From: Geopsychrobacteraceae bacterium
GTDB taxonomy: Bacteria > Desulfobacterota > Desulfuromonadia > Desulfuromonadales > Geopsychrobacteraceae
Direction of reading: 5' to 3'
Length of the DNA stretch: 64,000 bases
Assembly: GCA_963676795.2 (NCBI GenBank)
Contig: CAXXTB010000002.1
Span: 1,120,001-1,184,000, forward strand
Position 1 is the first letter of the stretch. The number at the start of each line of letters is the position of its first letter. Positions 21,164-30,450 of the stretch are shown one piece after another. Position numbers and translations under genes: made by a program. The notes under the pieces are model-generated. The model did not search any database. It worked only from the letters and a program-made list of their open reading frames with translations, and was not told the DNA's origin.

Positions 21164-22032
21164 TGGATAATCAACCCCTTATCCCGCACCTGACGGTTAT
21201 CGGTGTCGGGCTGATCGGCGGTTCTTTGAGCCTGGCGCTCAAGGCTGCGGGTGCGGTCGGCCGGGTTACCGGCTGCGGACGCGGCAAGCCGAATCTGGAA
21301 AAGGCCCTGGAGCTCGGTGTCGTCGATGCGTTCGAGCAGGATCCCGTCGTCGCTGTCGCCGGTGCCGATGTCGTTTTTCTGGCGACTCCGGTCAAGAGTA
21401 TGGCCGATGTCGTCAGGCAGATCCTGCCCGGTCTCAAGCCTGGAGCTATCATTACTGATGGCGGCAGTGTCAAGGAAGAAGTCGCGCTGCAGATAGAACC
21501 ACTGCTGCCGGAAGGGATTCATTTCGTTCCGGGACACCCGATTTCCGGTACCGAGAAGAGCGGTGCCGATGCTGCCTTTGCGACCCTGTATAGAAACAAG
21601 CGCTGCATCCTGACGCCGACGGAGAAGACCGATGCTCAGGCTGTTGAGCTGGTGACCGCAATGTGGCAGCAGGCGGGCAGCGAGGTGATCAGTATGTCGC
21701 TGAAAAAACATGACCGGATTCTGGCTGCGATCAGTCACCTGCCGCACATGGTGGCCTATGTCCTGGTCAATGCTGTCGGTTCTTACGACCATTTCGAGGA
21801 AAATATCCTGGAGTATTCTGCCGGTGGGTTCCGTGATTTCACCCGGATTGCATCGTCTGATCCGACCATGTGGCGCGACATTGCCGAGACCAACCGCGAT
21901 GCGCTGCTCGAGATGATGGAGCAGTTCGAGATGTTTTTTGCCGAACTCAAGGCGGATATCGCCGCAGGGCAGGGGGAGAAGCTGTTTGAGTTCTTCTTCC
22001 GTTCCAAGCAACTGCGCGACGCCATTCTATAG
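21163..22032 (+). CDS. tyrA: Prephenate/arogenate dehydrogenase
   Basis: IGVGLIGGS, TDGGSVK, GHPISGTE, SHLPH, GFRDFTRIASSDP. Confidence 0.93.
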   Translation: MDNQPLIPHLTVIGVGLIGGSLSLALKAAGAVGRVTGCGRGKPNLEKALELGVVDAFEQDPVVAVAGADVVFLATPVKSMADVVRQILPGLKPGAIITDGGSVKEEVALQIEPLLPEGIHFVPGHPISGTEKSGADAAFATLYRNKRCILTPTEKTDAQAVELVTAMWQQAGSEVISMSLKKHDRILAAISHLPHMVAYVLVNAVGSYDHFEENILEYSAGGFRDFTRIASSDPTMWRDIAETNRDALLEMMEQFEMFFAELKADIAAGQGEKLFEFFFRSKQLRDAIL

Positions 22033-22173
22033 TTTTCAGCCGGAAACGGCCCTTTTCCGCTGTGGCGGTGTCAATCTGCGGGGTTGATTGTGTGGCGTAA
22101 AGCACTACGCCTCCGCACAACCCCTTGATCTCCTAGCCACAACGAAAAATCGCTCGTTTCCAATCTGAAAACT
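22031..22173. repeat. ~143-bp imperfect palindromic intergenic element (REP/MITE-like)
   Basis: Nested inverted repeats AGTTTTCAG/CTGAAAACT, GGAAACG/CGTTTCC, TGTGGC/GCCACA, TCAA/TTGA, GGGGTTG/CAACCCC, GGCGTA/TACGCC. Confidence 0.7.
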
Positions 22174-22221
22174 TACTGGTTCTACTTGTAGGTTTAACTT
22201 TTAGGATAAAAAGGAAGATAT

Positions 22222-23520
22222 ATGCACCCAAGTCAGACAAGATGCGTTGCACCGGCATCCAGGCTTTCAGGCGAGGTCGCCGTTCCAGGAGACAAGTCGA
22301 TCTCACACCGTTCGATCATGTTCGCCTCTTTAGCTGAAGGGACAACCCGGGTCACTGGCCTGCTGCGCGGCGAGGACTGTCTGTCGACCCTCAAAGCCTT
22401 TCAGCAGCTCGGTATCCAGGTCGAGGATAAGAGCGCTGATGAGCTGATTATTCATGGCCGTGGTCTTGACGGTCTGCAGGAAGCGGGCGATGTGATCGAT
22501 TGCGGCAACTCGGGAACGACCATGCGCCTGATGAGCGGGATTCTTTCCGCCCAACCGTTCTTCTCGGTGCTGACCGGTGACCAGTACCTGCGCAGGCGGC
22601 CGATGGCGCGGATTATCAAACCGCTCGGAACCATGGGCGCGAAGATCCTCGGTCGCGAGCAGAATACCAAGGCGCCCCTGGCGATTATCGGTGGCAATCT
22701 GATCCCAACGACCTATGACTCGCCGATCTCAAGTGCTCAGGTCAAGTCGGCGGTGCTGCTCGCCGGCATGCAGATCGACGCTGAGACGACCGTGACCGAA
22801 CCTTTTCTCTCCCGCGATCACAGCGAGCGGATGTTGCGCTATTTCGGCGCCGAGATCGAATCCTTCGACGGCGGAGCGCGGGTCAAGGGGCGGGTTCGGC
22901 TGCAGGGGCGTGATGTCAGTGTGCCGGGCGATATCTCTTCGGCAGCCTTTTACCTGGTGGCTGGTCTCATCGTCCCGAATACTGAGCTGATGTTGCTCAA
23001 CGTCGGAGTCAATCCGACCCGCAGCGGGATTATTGATATCCTGCTGCAAATGGGTGGTCAGATTGAACTCTGCAACCCGCGCGAGGTTTCCGGTGAGCCG
23101 GTTGCCGATCTGCTGGTCAAGAGCAGTCAACTCAAAGGGATCGATATCGCCGGAGAACTGATTCCACGGGCAATCGATGAAATGCCGGTCGTCAGCGTGG
23201 CTGCCGTCTTCGCCGATGGGGTCACAACCATCCGCGAAGCGGAGGAGTTGAGGGTCAAGGAGACCGATCGCATCGCCGCCATGTGCGATGTCCTCAGCAA
23301 GGTTGGCGCCAAAATCGAACCCCGTGACGACGGGATGGTCATTACCGGGACCGGCCGTTTGAGTGGCGGCAAGGTCGATTCATTCGGTGATCACCGGATC
23401 GCCATGAGCATGGCTGTTGCGGCACTGGCAGCCGACGGCGAGATCGAGATCAGCGATACCGCCTGTACTGAAACATCATTCCCCGGTTTCTGGGGACTGC
23501 TCGAATCGATCCGGGGTTGA
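22222..23520 (+). CDS. aroA: 3-phosphoshikimate 1-carboxyvinyltransferase
   Basis: PGDKSISHR, GNSGTTMR, SAQVKS, LRVKETDR, DHRIAM. Confidence 0.97.
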   Translation: MHPSQTRCVAPASRLSGEVAVPGDKSISHRSIMFASLAEGTTRVTGLLRGEDCLSTLKAFQQLGIQVEDKSADELIIHGRGLDGLQEAGDVIDCGNSGTTMRLMSGILSAQPFFSVLTGDQYLRRRPMARIIKPLGTMGAKILGREQNTKAPLAIIGGNLIPTTYDSPISSAQVKSAVLLAGMQIDAETTVTEPFLSRDHSERMLRYFGAEIESFDGGARVKGRVRLQGRDVSVPGDISSAAFYLVAGLIVPNTELMLLNVGVNPTRSGIIDILLQMGGQIELCNPREVSGEPVADLLVKSSQLKGIDIAGELIPRAIDEMPVVSVAAVFADGVTTIREAEELRVKETDRIAAMCDVLSKVGAKIEPRDDGMVITGTGRLSGGKVDSFGDHRIAMSMAVAALAADGEIEISDTACTETSFPGFWGLLESIRG

Positions 23521-23521
23521 T

Positions 23522-24199
23522 GTGAAAAAGCGTCTGATTGTTGCTATCGACGGTCCATCCGGTGCCGGTAAAAGTACCCTGAGCAAGGCGTTGGCCAGGG
23601 AGCTCGGCTACATCAATCTCGATACCGGAGCGATGTACCGTTCTGTCGCCCTGCAGGCAAAGCTTGCCGGGGTCGATGTCACCGATCAGGATAGACTGGG
23701 GGCTCTGGCGCGTGCGGTGACGATCTCTTTCGTCAAGGATGGCGAAAGGGAACGCGTTCTGGTCAACGGGGAGGATGTCAGCGAGGCAATTCGAACTCCC
23801 GAGGTCAGCCTGCTGACCGCCAGGGTTGCCGCCAGTCCAGCGGTCCGCGAGGCAATGGTGGCCCAGCAGCGGTGCATGGGGGAGCAGGGCGGCGTCGTTC
23901 TCGAGGGGCGCGACATCGGGACCGTTGTTTTTCCCCAGGCCGAGGCGAAGTTCTTTCTGTCGGCTTCAGCAGCCGAACGGGGTCGGCGCCGTTATGAGGA
24001 GCTCAAGGCCAAAGGGGCGAATGTTGATCTGGACCGGACCATCGCTGAGGTTGAGGCCCGTGATGCCGCAGATACGGCCCGTGAACATTCGCCACTTATG
24101 CAGGCCGACGATGCCCTGGCTATAGACACGACGAGCATGTCAATCGACGAGGTTCTCGACACAATGTTAAAGACCATCCGGTCGCTCGAGGAAGAATAA
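23522..24199 (+). CDS. cmk: Cytidylate kinase
   Basis: AIDGPSGAGKST, DTGAMYR, EGRDIGTVVFP; GTG start at 23522. Confidence 0.96.
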   Translation: MKKRLIVAIDGPSGAGKSTLSKALARELGYINLDTGAMYRSVALQAKLAGVDVTDQDRLGALARAVTISFVKDGERERVLVNGEDVSEAIRTPEVSLLTARVAASPAVREAMVAQQRCMGEQGGVVLEGRDIGTVVFPQAEAKFFLSASAAERGRRRYEELKAKGANVDLDRTIAEVEARDAADTAREHSPLMQADDALAIDTTSMSIDEVLDTMLKTIRSLEEE

Positions 24200-24309
24200 C
24201 TCCCTGAAAAATAGTTTTGTTTTTTCGCGGATGCTGTGCTATCTTGCGCGTCTCTACGCGAGTCCGCCGCCGCCAGGCGCCGGGAAATTCTTAAGGGGGT
24301 ATCATCCCA

Positions 24310-26028
24310 ATGGTTGAAGAGAAAGACATGTTTGACGAAAACGAAATGGAACTACTTGACGGCGAGGAAAGCTTTGAGGAGCTTCTCAAGGATTACGAGC
24401 AGGGCGGCTTCGAACTGAAGCGCAATGACGTCGTCGAGGGCACAATTGTTCAGGTTAACCCTGATTCGGTTGTTGTCGATGTCGGTTACAAATCGGAAGG
24501 TGTGATTCCGATTCGCGAGTTCGCCGACGAAAACGGTGAAATCAACGTCAAGGTCGGTGACGTTTACGACGTTCTGTTCGGTGGCGGTGAAAGCGATAGC
24601 GGTCTGATCGTCCTGTCCAAGGAAAAAGCAGATCGTCAGAAAATCTGGAACTCTCTGGAAGAGGGTGCGGTCGTTGAAGGTCGTATCGTCAGCCGGATTA
24701 AAGGTGGCCTGTCAGTTGATATCGGCGTTAACGCCTTCCTGCCAGGCTCCCAGGTCGATCTTCGCCCTGTCCGTAACCTGGACAAGGTCATTGGCCAGTC
24801 TTTTGATTTCAAGATCATCAAGCTCAACAAGCGTCGTGGCAACATCGTTCTGTCCCGCCGTGTTCTGCTTGAAAAAGAGCGTGAGTCTCAGCGTGGCGAA
24901 ACTCTCAAAACCCTGGAAGAAAATCAGGTTGTCGAAGGCATCGTCAAGAACCTCACCGATTACGGCGCATTTATTGACCTCGGCGGTATCGACGGTCTGC
25001 TCCACATCACCGACATGTCCTGGGGCCGCGTCAAGCACCCATCCGATATCCTGGCCGTTGGCGACAAGATCAACGTCAAGGTTCTCAAGTTCGACAAGGA
25101 CAAAGAACGTGTTTCTCTGGGTCTCAAGCAGATCGCTCCTGATCCATGGCTCGACGTGACCGCCAAGTACCCGATCGGTGCCAAGGTTGTCGGCAAGGTT
25201 GTCAGCCTGACCGATTACGGTGCATTTATCGAGCTGGAAGAGGGTGTCGAAGGCCTGATCCACGTTTCCGAAATGAGCTGGACCAAGCGCGTCAAGCATC
25301 CGAACAAGGTTCTCAATATCGGTGACGATATCGAGTCCGTTGTGCTGGCTCTCGACTCTGAAAACCGTCGTATCTCCCTGGGCCTCAAGCAGATTGAGCC
25401 GAACCCATGGGACATTATCGGCGAGAAATTCCCGATCGGTACCATCATCGAAGGCCAGGTCAAGAACATCACTGACTTCGGTATCTTCGTCGGTGTTGAC
25501 GAAGGGATCGACGGTCTGGTTCACATCTCTGACCTGTCCTGGACCAAGCGCATCAAGCATCCTTCCGAAATATACAAGAAGGGTGACCTGGTCAAGGCCG
25601 TTGTTCTGAACATTGACCGTGAGAACGAGCGTTTCTCTCTCGGCCTCAAGCAGCTCAACCTGGATCCATGGGAGACTGTGCCTGTCCGTTATACCCGTGG
25701 CACCATTGTCAGCGGTAACGTGACTTCGGTCACCGATTTCGGTATCTTCATCGAGCTGGAAGAGGGTATTGAAGGTCTGATCCACGTTTCCGAACTGAGC
25801 AAAGAAAAAATCGACAGCCCGAAAGATTTCGCCAAGGTTGGTGACACTCTGGAAGCTGCCGTTCTTCAGGTTGATACCGTTGATCGCAAGATCGCTCTGT
25901 CCGTCAAGAACCTTGACGAGCAGAAAGAAAAAGCTGAAGTCAACGAATTCATGGGCGCTGGCAAGAACGCAACGTCCAACCTGGGCGACCTGCTGAAAGG
26001 CGCGCTCGACAGCAAGTCTGAAGACTAA
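24310..26028 (+). CDS. rpsA: 30S ribosomal protein S1
   Basis: Six S1 repeats (DYGAFID, GLLHITDMSW, RISLGLKQ). Confidence 0.98.
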   Translation: MVEEKDMFDENEMELLDGEESFEELLKDYEQGGFELKRNDVVEGTIVQVNPDSVVVDVGYKSEGVIPIREFADENGEINVKVGDVYDVLFGGGESDSGLIVLSKEKADRQKIWNSLEEGAVVEGRIVSRIKGGLSVDIGVNAFLPGSQVDLRPVRNLDKVIGQSFDFKIIKLNKRRGNIVLSRRVLLEKERESQRGETLKTLEENQVVEGIVKNLTDYGAFIDLGGIDGLLHITDMSWGRVKHPSDILAVGDKINVKVLKFDKDKERVSLGLKQIAPDPWLDVTAKYPIGAKVVGKVVSLTDYGAFIELEEGVEGLIHVSEMSWTKRVKHPNKVLNIGDDIESVVLALDSENRRISLGLKQIEPNPWDIIGEKFPIGTIIEGQVKNITDFGIFVGVDEGIDGLVHISDLSWTKRIKHPSEIYKKGDLVKAVVLNIDRENERFSLGLKQLNLDPWETVPVRYTRGTIVSGNVTSVTDFGIFIELEEGIEGLIHVSELSKEKIDSPKDFAKVGDTLEAAVLQVDTVDRKIALSVKNLDEQKEKAEVNEFMGAGKNATSNLGDLLKGALDSKSED

Positions 26029-26087
26029 GTTACAATGCATATCCAACGGGACCCCGGTTTTTACCGGGGTCCTGATCAATTGTTGAG

Positions 26088-26972
26088 ATGAAAAAACGAC
26101 CTTTTTTAGTGGCGGCCTGTGCCGTTGGCGGCGTTTTTGTTTTTTTTCTGCTGGTCATTCTGGCCGCAGGGATGCTCCGCCAAGGCAGCTTTCATGTACC
26201 TGCTGGTGCCAGGATCGGCATTATCAAAGTTCGTGGAACTATCACCGACTCGGAGCTCCTGCTCCAGCAGATTGACCAATTCAGAAAACAGAAAACCGTC
26301 AAGGCTGTCATCTTGCGTGTCGATTCTCCCGGTGGCGGGGTTGGCCCCTCTCAGGAGATTTATGAGGAGCTCAAACGACTGGCTGCCGAAAAACCTCTCG
26401 TCGTCTCGATGGGTTCGGTTGCTGCATCGGGTGGCTATTATATCGCTGTAGCTGCACAGCGTATCTTCGCCAATCCCGGGACGATTACCGGCAGTATCGG
26501 TGTTATCATGTCTTTTCCTGATTATCAGGAATTGATGGGTAAGGTCGGTGTCAAAACGGAAGTGGTAAAAAGCGGTCGTTTCAAGGATATTGGCTCATCG
26601 ACCCGAGATTTTACAGTTGAAGATCGTGCATTGCTGCAGGGGTTGATCGACGATGTCCATCTTCAGTTTATCGAAGCTGTAAGCGCGGGGCGCAAGCTAC
26701 CGGTCGAGCAATTGCTGCCGCTCGTCGACGGACGTATTTTTACCGGGCGCCAGGCCCTGGAAGAGGGGCTGATTGATGAATTGGGCTCACTGCCGGATGC
26801 TGTGCGGTATACTGCTCAGTTGATCGGTGCCGGTGACGATCCGGAGCTGCTTTATCCGGACGAACAACCGACGGGGCTGTGGGAGCGTTATCTGAATTCT
26901 GCGGTAACGCGGCTTGGCTTTGACCTGAAACTGAATTCTCCGGTTGGCCCTCAGTTTATCTGGAGCCGATAA
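26088..26972 (+). CDS. sppA: Signal peptide peptidase SppA (36K type)
   Basis: RVDSPGG, AASGGYY, TGSIGV, GRIFTGRQA. Confidence 0.93.
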   Translation: MKKRPFLVAACAVGGVFVFFLLVILAAGMLRQGSFHVPAGARIGIIKVRGTITDSELLLQQIDQFRKQKTVKAVILRVDSPGGGVGPSQEIYEELKRLAAEKPLVVSMGSVAASGGYYIAVAAQRIFANPGTITGSIGVIMSFPDYQELMGKVGVKTEVVKSGRFKDIGSSTRDFTVEDRALLQGLIDDVHLQFIEAVSAGRKLPVEQLLPLVDGRIFTGRQALEEGLIDELGSLPDAVRYTAQLIGAGDDPELLYPDEQPTGLWERYLNSAVTRLGFDLKLNSPVGPQFIWSR

Positions 26973-27017
26973 ATCCGATTTGATGTAATAACTTTTTGAG
27001 AAACATGGATGGGAATA

Positions 27018-27296
27018 ATGACTAAAAGCGAATTGATTGAAAAACTTTCTGATGGTCATGAACTTCTGAATAAGAAAGAAGCAGAAACGGTCGTTAATCT
27101 GATTTTTGGCGGTATCGAGCAGGCTCTTTCCACGGGTGATCGCGTCGAGATTCGTGGTTTCGGTTCCTTCTCGGTCAGAGAGCGGGAAGCGCGAGAAGCC
27201 CGCAATCCCAAAAGTGGAGAGCTGGTCAAGATTCCCTGCAGAAAGACTCCTTTTTTCAAGACGGGCAAGGAGTTGCGTGAGAGGGTTGACGAGTAG
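27018..27296 (+). CDS. ihfB: Integration host factor subunit beta
   Basis: MTKSELIE, RVEIRGFGSF, RNPKSGE, FKTGKELRERV; follows rpsA-sppA. Confidence 0.93.
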   Translation: MTKSELIEKLSDGHELLNKKEAETVVNLIFGGIEQALSTGDRVEIRGFGSFSVREREAREARNPKSGELVKIPCRKTPFFKTGKELRERVDE

Positions 27297-27308
27297 CTAA
27301 AGGATATT

Positions 27309-27338
27309 AAAAAGGCCCTGTGAAGCAGGGCCTTTTTT
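27309..27338. terminator. Bidirectional terminator between ihfB and the convergent ncRNA
   Basis: AAAAAGGCCCTG-tgaag-CAGGGCCTTTTTT, A-run and T-run on either side. Confidence 0.85.
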
Positions 27339-27341
27339 GAT

Positions 27342-27520
27342 TGATCTCCAGGATGCCGGACTAACTCTGTTCGTCTGACCTTAGCTGTACGCTTAAGTCA
27401 CGGATGATGTTTCAGGCGTCCTGCTCATGGGCAGGCTGGCACACCACATCACCACTGAAATGACAGGCCAAAAGGAACGTTGGTCACGAGACCAGAATTA
27501 ATCCGTGCACCCCAGATAAC
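27342..27520 (-). ncRNA. ssrS: 6S RNA (probable)
   Basis: Minus-strand ~180-nt rod: closing stems GGGGUGC/GCAUCCU, CGGAUUAAUUCUG/CAGAGUUAGUCCG, UGACC/GGUCA; central bubble; apical stem. The 3' end CGGCAUCCUGGAGAU resembles known 6S 3' ends. Flanked by a promoter and a terminator. Confidence 0.75.
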
Positions 27521-27537
27521 CGGACTCTAGTATGTCT

Positions 27538-27565
27538 ATGCTACCAATTTACCGGCTTTTTTCAA
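27538..27565 (-). promoter_or_regulatory. Putative promoter of the 6S-like RNA
   Basis: Minus strand TTGAAA(27565-27560)-16 bp-TAGCAT(27543-27538). Confidence 0.5.
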
Positions 27566-27607
27566 TCTTCTAAAAAATTATGAATAGTGTTACTATAGCG
27601 CGTTTTT

Positions 27608-28537
27608 ATGTCGAGTAAATGGCAAATTCATAAACTGACGGTGGAACATGTCGGGGCGGATCGCCTCGATCTGTTTCTGGCGTCTTCTGATCACGGCATT
27701 TCACGTAGCAGGGCGAAAAAAATCATCGATATCGGTGGGGTTCACCTGAACGGCAGGCGGGTCAGGAGCTGCTCGCAGGCGGTATCTCCCGGTGATTCCA
27801 TCGAGGTGTTTATCGATCAGTATCCGCTTGATCCATTCCGACTCAGCGCCGATCATATCCTCTACCAGGATAAATTCCTGATTGTAGTCAACAAGCCGCC
27901 ATATATTGATACCCAGCCAACCCATGCCCGGTATAAAGGGACTCTCTACGAGGCGTTGCAGGTATATCTTCAGGATCCGTTCAGGCCGCGTTTGAAGCCG
28001 GAGATTGGCATGATTCAGCGTCTCGACCGCGGAACTTCGGGGATCATCGCATTTTCAACCCATCAGCGGGCGCACAAAGAGATGACGGCGCTGTTTGTCG
28101 AGCATCGTGTCGACAAGCGCTACCTGGCTCTGGTCAAAGGGCGTTTCTCCGAGCAACAGGGCGAGATACGCAGTCTTCTGGCGCGTTCACGGCAACAGAA
28201 CAGGGTTCAGTCTGTTGCCAGGGGCGGGAAGGAAGCGATCACCCGCTATCAGGTTGTTGAACAGTTCAGTGATGCAGCGCTGGTTGAGGTTGAGTTGTTG
28301 ACCGGTCGTTCTCACCAGATCCGCGCTCATATGTCAGAGCTGGGCCATCCTCTGCTCGGAGATGTCAAGTATGGCGGTCCTAAGTTGCTCGACTCTTTTG
28401 CGCTGAACAGGCCCATGCTTCACGCTTCCCGGCTTAGCTTCAAGCATCCGGTCACTGGTTCTGCCCTCGTCTTTGAGGTGGACCCTCCTGAGGATATGCA
28501 GGACCTTCTCACCTTTTTACGCGAGGAAAGACAATGA
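27608..28537 (+). CDS. RluA/RluD-family pseudouridine synthase with S4 domain
   Basis: DRLDLFL...SRSRAKK S4 domain, VVNKP, QRLDRGTSG, TGRSHQIR. Confidence 0.92.
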   Translation: MSSKWQIHKLTVEHVGADRLDLFLASSDHGISRSRAKKIIDIGGVHLNGRRVRSCSQAVSPGDSIEVFIDQYPLDPFRLSADHILYQDKFLIVVNKPPYIDTQPTHARYKGTLYEALQVYLQDPFRPRLKPEIGMIQRLDRGTSGIIAFSTHQRAHKEMTALFVEHRVDKRYLALVKGRFSEQQGEIRSLLARSRQQNRVQSVARGGKEAITRYQVVEQFSDAALVEVELLTGRSHQIRAHMSELGHPLLGDVKYGGPKLLDSFALNRPMLHASRLSFKHPVTGSALVFEVDPPEDMQDLLTFLREERQ

Positions 28538-29313
28538 CTTATCCGCACATCGATCCGGTCATCTTCTCTTTGGGGCCTTTGGCTATCCGCTGGTACGGCT
28601 TGATGTATCTGTTGGGATTTGTCGGCGGGCTGTTTATGGTTCGGCATGTTGCCCGGTTACGCAACCTTGCTCTTGATAAGCAGGGAATCTCCGATCTGTT
28701 GTTCTATGCTGTTGTCGGTGTCATTCTCGGCGGTCGCGTCGGCTACACCCTGTTTTACAATGCCCCATATTACCTGCGTCATCCACTGGAAATTCTCTAT
28801 GTTTGGGAAGGGGGAATGAGCTTTCATGGCGGGCTTATCGGTGTGGTCATCGCACTGATCGTATTTTGCCGCAGAAAGAATCTGCCCCTGCTGCTGATCG
28901 GTGATCTGGTCGTTGTCGCCGCCCCCATCGGTTTGGGGCTTGGACGCCTCGGGAACTTCATCAACGGCGAGCTGTGGGGGCGGGTGACGGATGTTCCCTG
29001 GGGGATGGTTTTTCCCACTGCGGGCCCTTTGCCTCGCCATCCCAGCCAGCTTTACGAAGCCCTCCTTGAGGGGCTGATTCTATTGATCGTCATGTATCTT
29101 CTTCACCGGGCCAAGCCACCTGTTGGGGTGCCTGTTTTCGTTTTTCTGCTTGGCTACGGCCTGTTCCGTTTCCTTGTTGAATTTTTCCGCCAACCGGACA
29201 GCCAGCTCGGATTTCTCTGGGGGGGGGCGACGATGGGGCAGCTCCTCTGCATACCGATGATCCTCATAGGTCTCGGCGGTCTCGTACTTCTATTGAACAA
29301 GGGCAAGAAATGA
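28534..29313 (+). CDS. lgt: Prolipoprotein diacylglyceryl transferase
   Basis: RWYGLMY, GGMSFHGG, GRLGNFINGEL, RHPSQLYE. Confidence 0.97.
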   Translation: MTYPHIDPVIFSLGPLAIRWYGLMYLLGFVGGLFMVRHVARLRNLALDKQGISDLLFYAVVGVILGGRVGYTLFYNAPYYLRHPLEILYVWEGGMSFHGGLIGVVIALIVFCRRKNLPLLLIGDLVVVAAPIGLGLGRLGNFINGELWGRVTDVPWGMVFPTAGPLPRHPSQLYEALLEGLILLIVMYLLHRAKPPVGVPVFVFLLGYGLFRFLVEFFRQPDSQLGFLWGGATMGQLLCIPMILIGLGGLVLLLNKGKK

Positions 29314-29930
29314 AAACTCTGCAAGCAGTGATATTTGATTGTGATGGCGTCATGTTTGACAGCAAGGGAGCGAACCTCGCTTATTACAATCGGATTCTGA
29401 CCGAGTTCGGCTACGAACCGGTATCGATGGCTGAGGAGGAACGGGCCCACCTCTGTCATACCGGAAGCTCGGCTGACGTCATCAGGGCGCTGATTGCCGA
29501 AGATCAGTTTGAGCAGGCGATGAGCTTCGCGACATCGCTCCACTATGAACCCTTCATTCCTGAGATGCTCCCGTCAGAGGGGCTGCGTGAGGTTCTAGAG
29601 CGGCTGCACGGCAACTATCCCCTGGCAATTGCGACGAATCGGGGGCGCAGTATCGATCTGGTCCTGGAGCACTTCGGGCTGAGCGGCTATTTTGATGTGG
29701 TTGTCAGCTGCCAGGATGTCAAACGCCCGAAGCCCGCTCCGGATATGTTGCTTCTGGCTGTTGAAAAATTGCAGGTTGATGCAGGCAATTGCCTGTTTAT
29801 CGGAGATTCCGAACTGGATCAGCAGGCTGCCCAGGGTGCCCGGGTTCGTTTTGCCAGCTACGGTGGTACTGTCTGCGGTGAAGAATTCTCGTTACGCAAA
29901 CTGAATTGTCTGTTTGATTTTATCGCTTAG
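29310..29930 (+). CDS. HAD-superfamily hydrolase
   Basis: IFDCDGV, ATNR, KPAPD, IGDSELD. Confidence 0.9.
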   Translation: MKTLQAVIFDCDGVMFDSKGANLAYYNRILTEFGYEPVSMAEEERAHLCHTGSSADVIRALIAEDQFEQAMSFATSLHYEPFIPEMLPSEGLREVLERLHGNYPLAIATNRGRSIDLVLEHFGLSGYFDVVVSCQDVKRPKPAPDMLLLAVEKLQVDAGNCLFIGDSELDQQAAQGARVRFASYGGTVCGEEFSLRKLNCLFDFIA

Positions 29931-30009
29931 CGGGCCGTTGAAAACTGTCTGTGGTTCAGTTGTGGCGTAAGCAAATACTTCTCAGGAAGAAGTCTTAGCA
30001 GCCCTGGAC

Positions 30010-30444
30010 TTATCTGAGTTTTTTACTCAGAATCATGACGTTGAGACTGTCTTCACGATGGTTGTACAGCTCATCCATCAGTTCGCGCATCAGATGGATG
30101 CCGCGCCCTCCTTCGTCACTGTGGCGGGAGGCCTTCTGACTCTGAGAATGCAGGTCGAATCCATGCCCCTGATCATAGATCTTGATGACAAGTTCCTGAT
30201 CAGAGGCTGTAATAAGAATACGTACGTTTTTTTCCGGATCGCGATTGTTGCCGTGGTCGATCGCGTTGGCGATCGCTTCGGTCAGCACCAGATTCAGATT
30301 GTAGGGAAAGTCCGCCCACTCTTTGCCTTTCGGCATCAGGGAGCTGGCGAGATCTTCACCCATCCGACCGACCATTCCCAGGTACCTGGTGTCACTGGGA
30401 ATGGTGATGTCGATTCTGATCTTTGGCGCGCTGCGAGCGTTCAT
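30010..30444 (-). CDS. RsbW/SpoIIAB-like anti-sigma factor Ser kinase
   Basis: GHKL motifs TEAIANAIDHGN, DQGHGF, EGGRGIHLM. Confidence 0.9.
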   Translation of the reverse strand: MNARSAPKIRIDITIPSDTRYLGMVGRMGEDLASSLMPKGKEWADFPYNLNLVLTEAIANAIDHGNNRDPEKNVRILITASDQELVIKIYDQGHGFDLHSQSQKASRHSDEGGRGIHLMRELMDELYNHREDSLNVMILSKKLR

Positions 30445-30450
30445 ATGCTT

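Noticed and set aside
24960..25800. Recurring near-identical DNA segments suggesting a repeat array
   Set aside because: They encode the S1 domains of rpsA; no CRISPR-like repeat-spacer periodicity was seen here or elsewhere in the window.
26049..26072. Perfect hairpin GGACCCCGGT-tttt-ACCGGGGTCC after rpsA as an intrinsic terminator
   Set aside because: No following U-tract; more likely a stability or processing hairpin, so not called.
24712..26079. 455-aa minus-strand ORF with apparent internal repeats
   Set aside because: Antisense to rpsA; the repeats mirror the S1 domain repeats.
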